Shown here piece by piece: positions 62,705-64,000 of a stretch of DNA of 64,000 nucleotides. The translations under genes and the position numbers were made by a program. This DNA is from Malacoraja senta. Lineage: Eukaryota. Under the pieces are notes generated by a model. The model did not search any database and was not told where the DNA came from. It saw nothing but the letters and a program-made list of their open reading frames with translations. Each line of letters begins with the position of its first letter. The stretch's first letter is position 1. The stretch lies in contig CM075990.1 of assembly GCA_038087875.1 (NCBI GenBank), positions 8,744,001-8,808,000 of the forward strand. The letters are read 5' to 3'.

Positions 62705-63096
62705 GGTGCAAAAGTACTTAAAAAAAAAAAAAAAAAAATTCAGGTCAGGGGGGATGATAGTTGAAGAGTTCGTATGTCCCATTTACGTAATGCTCATAAA
62801 AATATTTGTTTCTCTATTTTTCCTCTTTCTCTCTCTCTTTCTTTCCTAGGGTCTATTTCTTAACTCTTTTTCTTTTGTTTTTAATTTTGCTCTTATAGGG
62901 TCTTCGTCCTTTTTTGTTGTCACATTTCCTACACTTTCACTTTTTCCTTCACTTTCTTCTTTCTTTCAATCTTTTCCTTTTCTAGTGTAAAAAATAAATG
63001 GAGTACATTAATTGTAAGAAGATATAAATGACGAGTACTAATGTATGTGGTTGTAATGTAATGTACTTCTAATAAATAAAATAAAAATAAAAAAAA
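60452..63096 (+). mobile_element. Young 5'-truncated L1-clade LINE with poly(A) tail
   Basis: Starts mid-ORF2 (LPDTLAESTITLIPKKNKD...SYRAIALLNTD), pyrimidine-rich 3' UTR, AATAAA and A-rich tail ending at 63096. Confidence 0.93.
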
Positions 63097-63589
63097 GAAG
63101 TTTGATCTTTATTTTATGAGGAGTTACGATGAGCGATTACGTGCCCTCTGCTCCCAACCCTCGTATCATAAAGATCATCTTGCAGTTCTAGTCATCTCTA
63201 ATCTTACTATGTTGGTTCAACAACCGTTATCTGTGATTTCACACCGCTGCTTTGAAGATTGGCGCGCATGCGGGCTGACGGCCTTCTATTCACGTAATCG
63301 CTCATAAAATAAAGATCAAACTTCAAACTGGTAAGTTCTCATTTAATCTTACTATTCTATTTTTCCCTATATCACTGTTTATATCTCCTGTTTCCATTTC
63401 CCCAGTCTGAAGAAGGGTCTTGATCCAAAATGTCACCTATTCCTTTTCTCCAGAGATGCTGTTTGACCCGCTGAGTTACTCCAGCTTTTTGTGTCTATCT
63501 GCAGAACATCTCCAGCTGCCTCAGCAAGGCCAGCAGCATAATTAAGGATCAGTCTCACCCTGGTCAGTCACTCTTTTCCGCTCTCCCAC

Positions 63590-63637
63590 AAGACACAGAG
63601 AGAGAGACAGAGAGAGAGAGAGAGACAGACACAGACA

Positions 63638-63680
<43 letters not shown>

Positions 63681-63810
63681 GAGAGAGAGATAGAGAGAGA
63701 GAGACAAAAAGAGAGACAAAAAGAGAGACAGACAGAGAGAGACAGAGAGAGAGAAAGACAGAAAAAAAAACAGTGAGGTAGAGACAGAGACAAAAAGGGA
63801 AAGAGAGAGA
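63590..63810. repeat. (GA)n/(GACA)n microsatellite
   Basis: Direct observation. Confidence 0.95.
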
Positions 63811-64000
63811 GGCTGTGCTTTTTCAGCTCTGCAGTTGAGAAGGTTTGAAGCAGACTTTCAAGGATTTTGTCGATGGAGAAGGAACAGAGGCAGAGGGGCT
63901 TCATAGTTTAACTTATCGTTGGACTGTTGAAACTTTCCTCTGCTCTAGGAATCCTCCACGAGTGTGAAAATTCCTGAGTTTTCTCTCCATTGTCGAGGGT

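Larger units (their letters stand above)
57341..63356 (+). mobile_element. Decayed DIRS1-type (tyrosine-recombinase) retrotransposon
   Basis: Perfect 34-bp inverted repeat 57365-57398 / 63263-63296. ICR (60380-60438 + 63097-63143) is complementary to both termini. Broken RT motifs LFIVKDGGCRFIIDL (59227), DAYYS (59321), VMA*LDDIL (59491); RNase H motifs ETDASAQRW (59939), AYISHMGAIKS (60144). No TSD; GTT/ATT borders. Confidence 0.88.

Overview
This is vertebrate genomic DNA, not microbial. The repeat content (HE1/V-SINE, CR1/HER1-type LINEs, Penelope-derived repeats) suggests a cartilaginous fish, probably a skate or ray; this is an inference. The only host gene I can support is GRID1 (glutamate receptor delta-1). 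Its last four coding exons are on the + strand (22507-22702, 26741-26907, 30896-31136, 34714-35142), in phase with GT-AG splice sites, ending in the PDZ ligand ...SHGTSI*, followed by a short 3' UTR. The rest is intron and downstream DNA dense in mobile elements, with one 200-N assembly gap. Four structures stand out. (1) An abundant short, non-coding Penelope-derived family carries a minimal hammerhead ribozyme motif, often inserts as a fold-back palindrome, and leaves 14-16 bp target-site duplications (TSDs). (2) Harbinger-like MITEs with different internal sequences share terminal repeats, and three sit at the same TWA site of that family. (3) A decayed DIRS1-type retrotransposon (57341-63356) keeps its inverted ends and internal complementary region (ICR), but a young L1-clade LINE with an open ~750-codon frame has split the ICR; the whole is nested in a two-hammerhead repeat. 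(4) An intact SINE resembling teleost AFC SINEs lies ~25 bp after a GRID1 splice donor. All family names come from motif recognition; no database searches were run.
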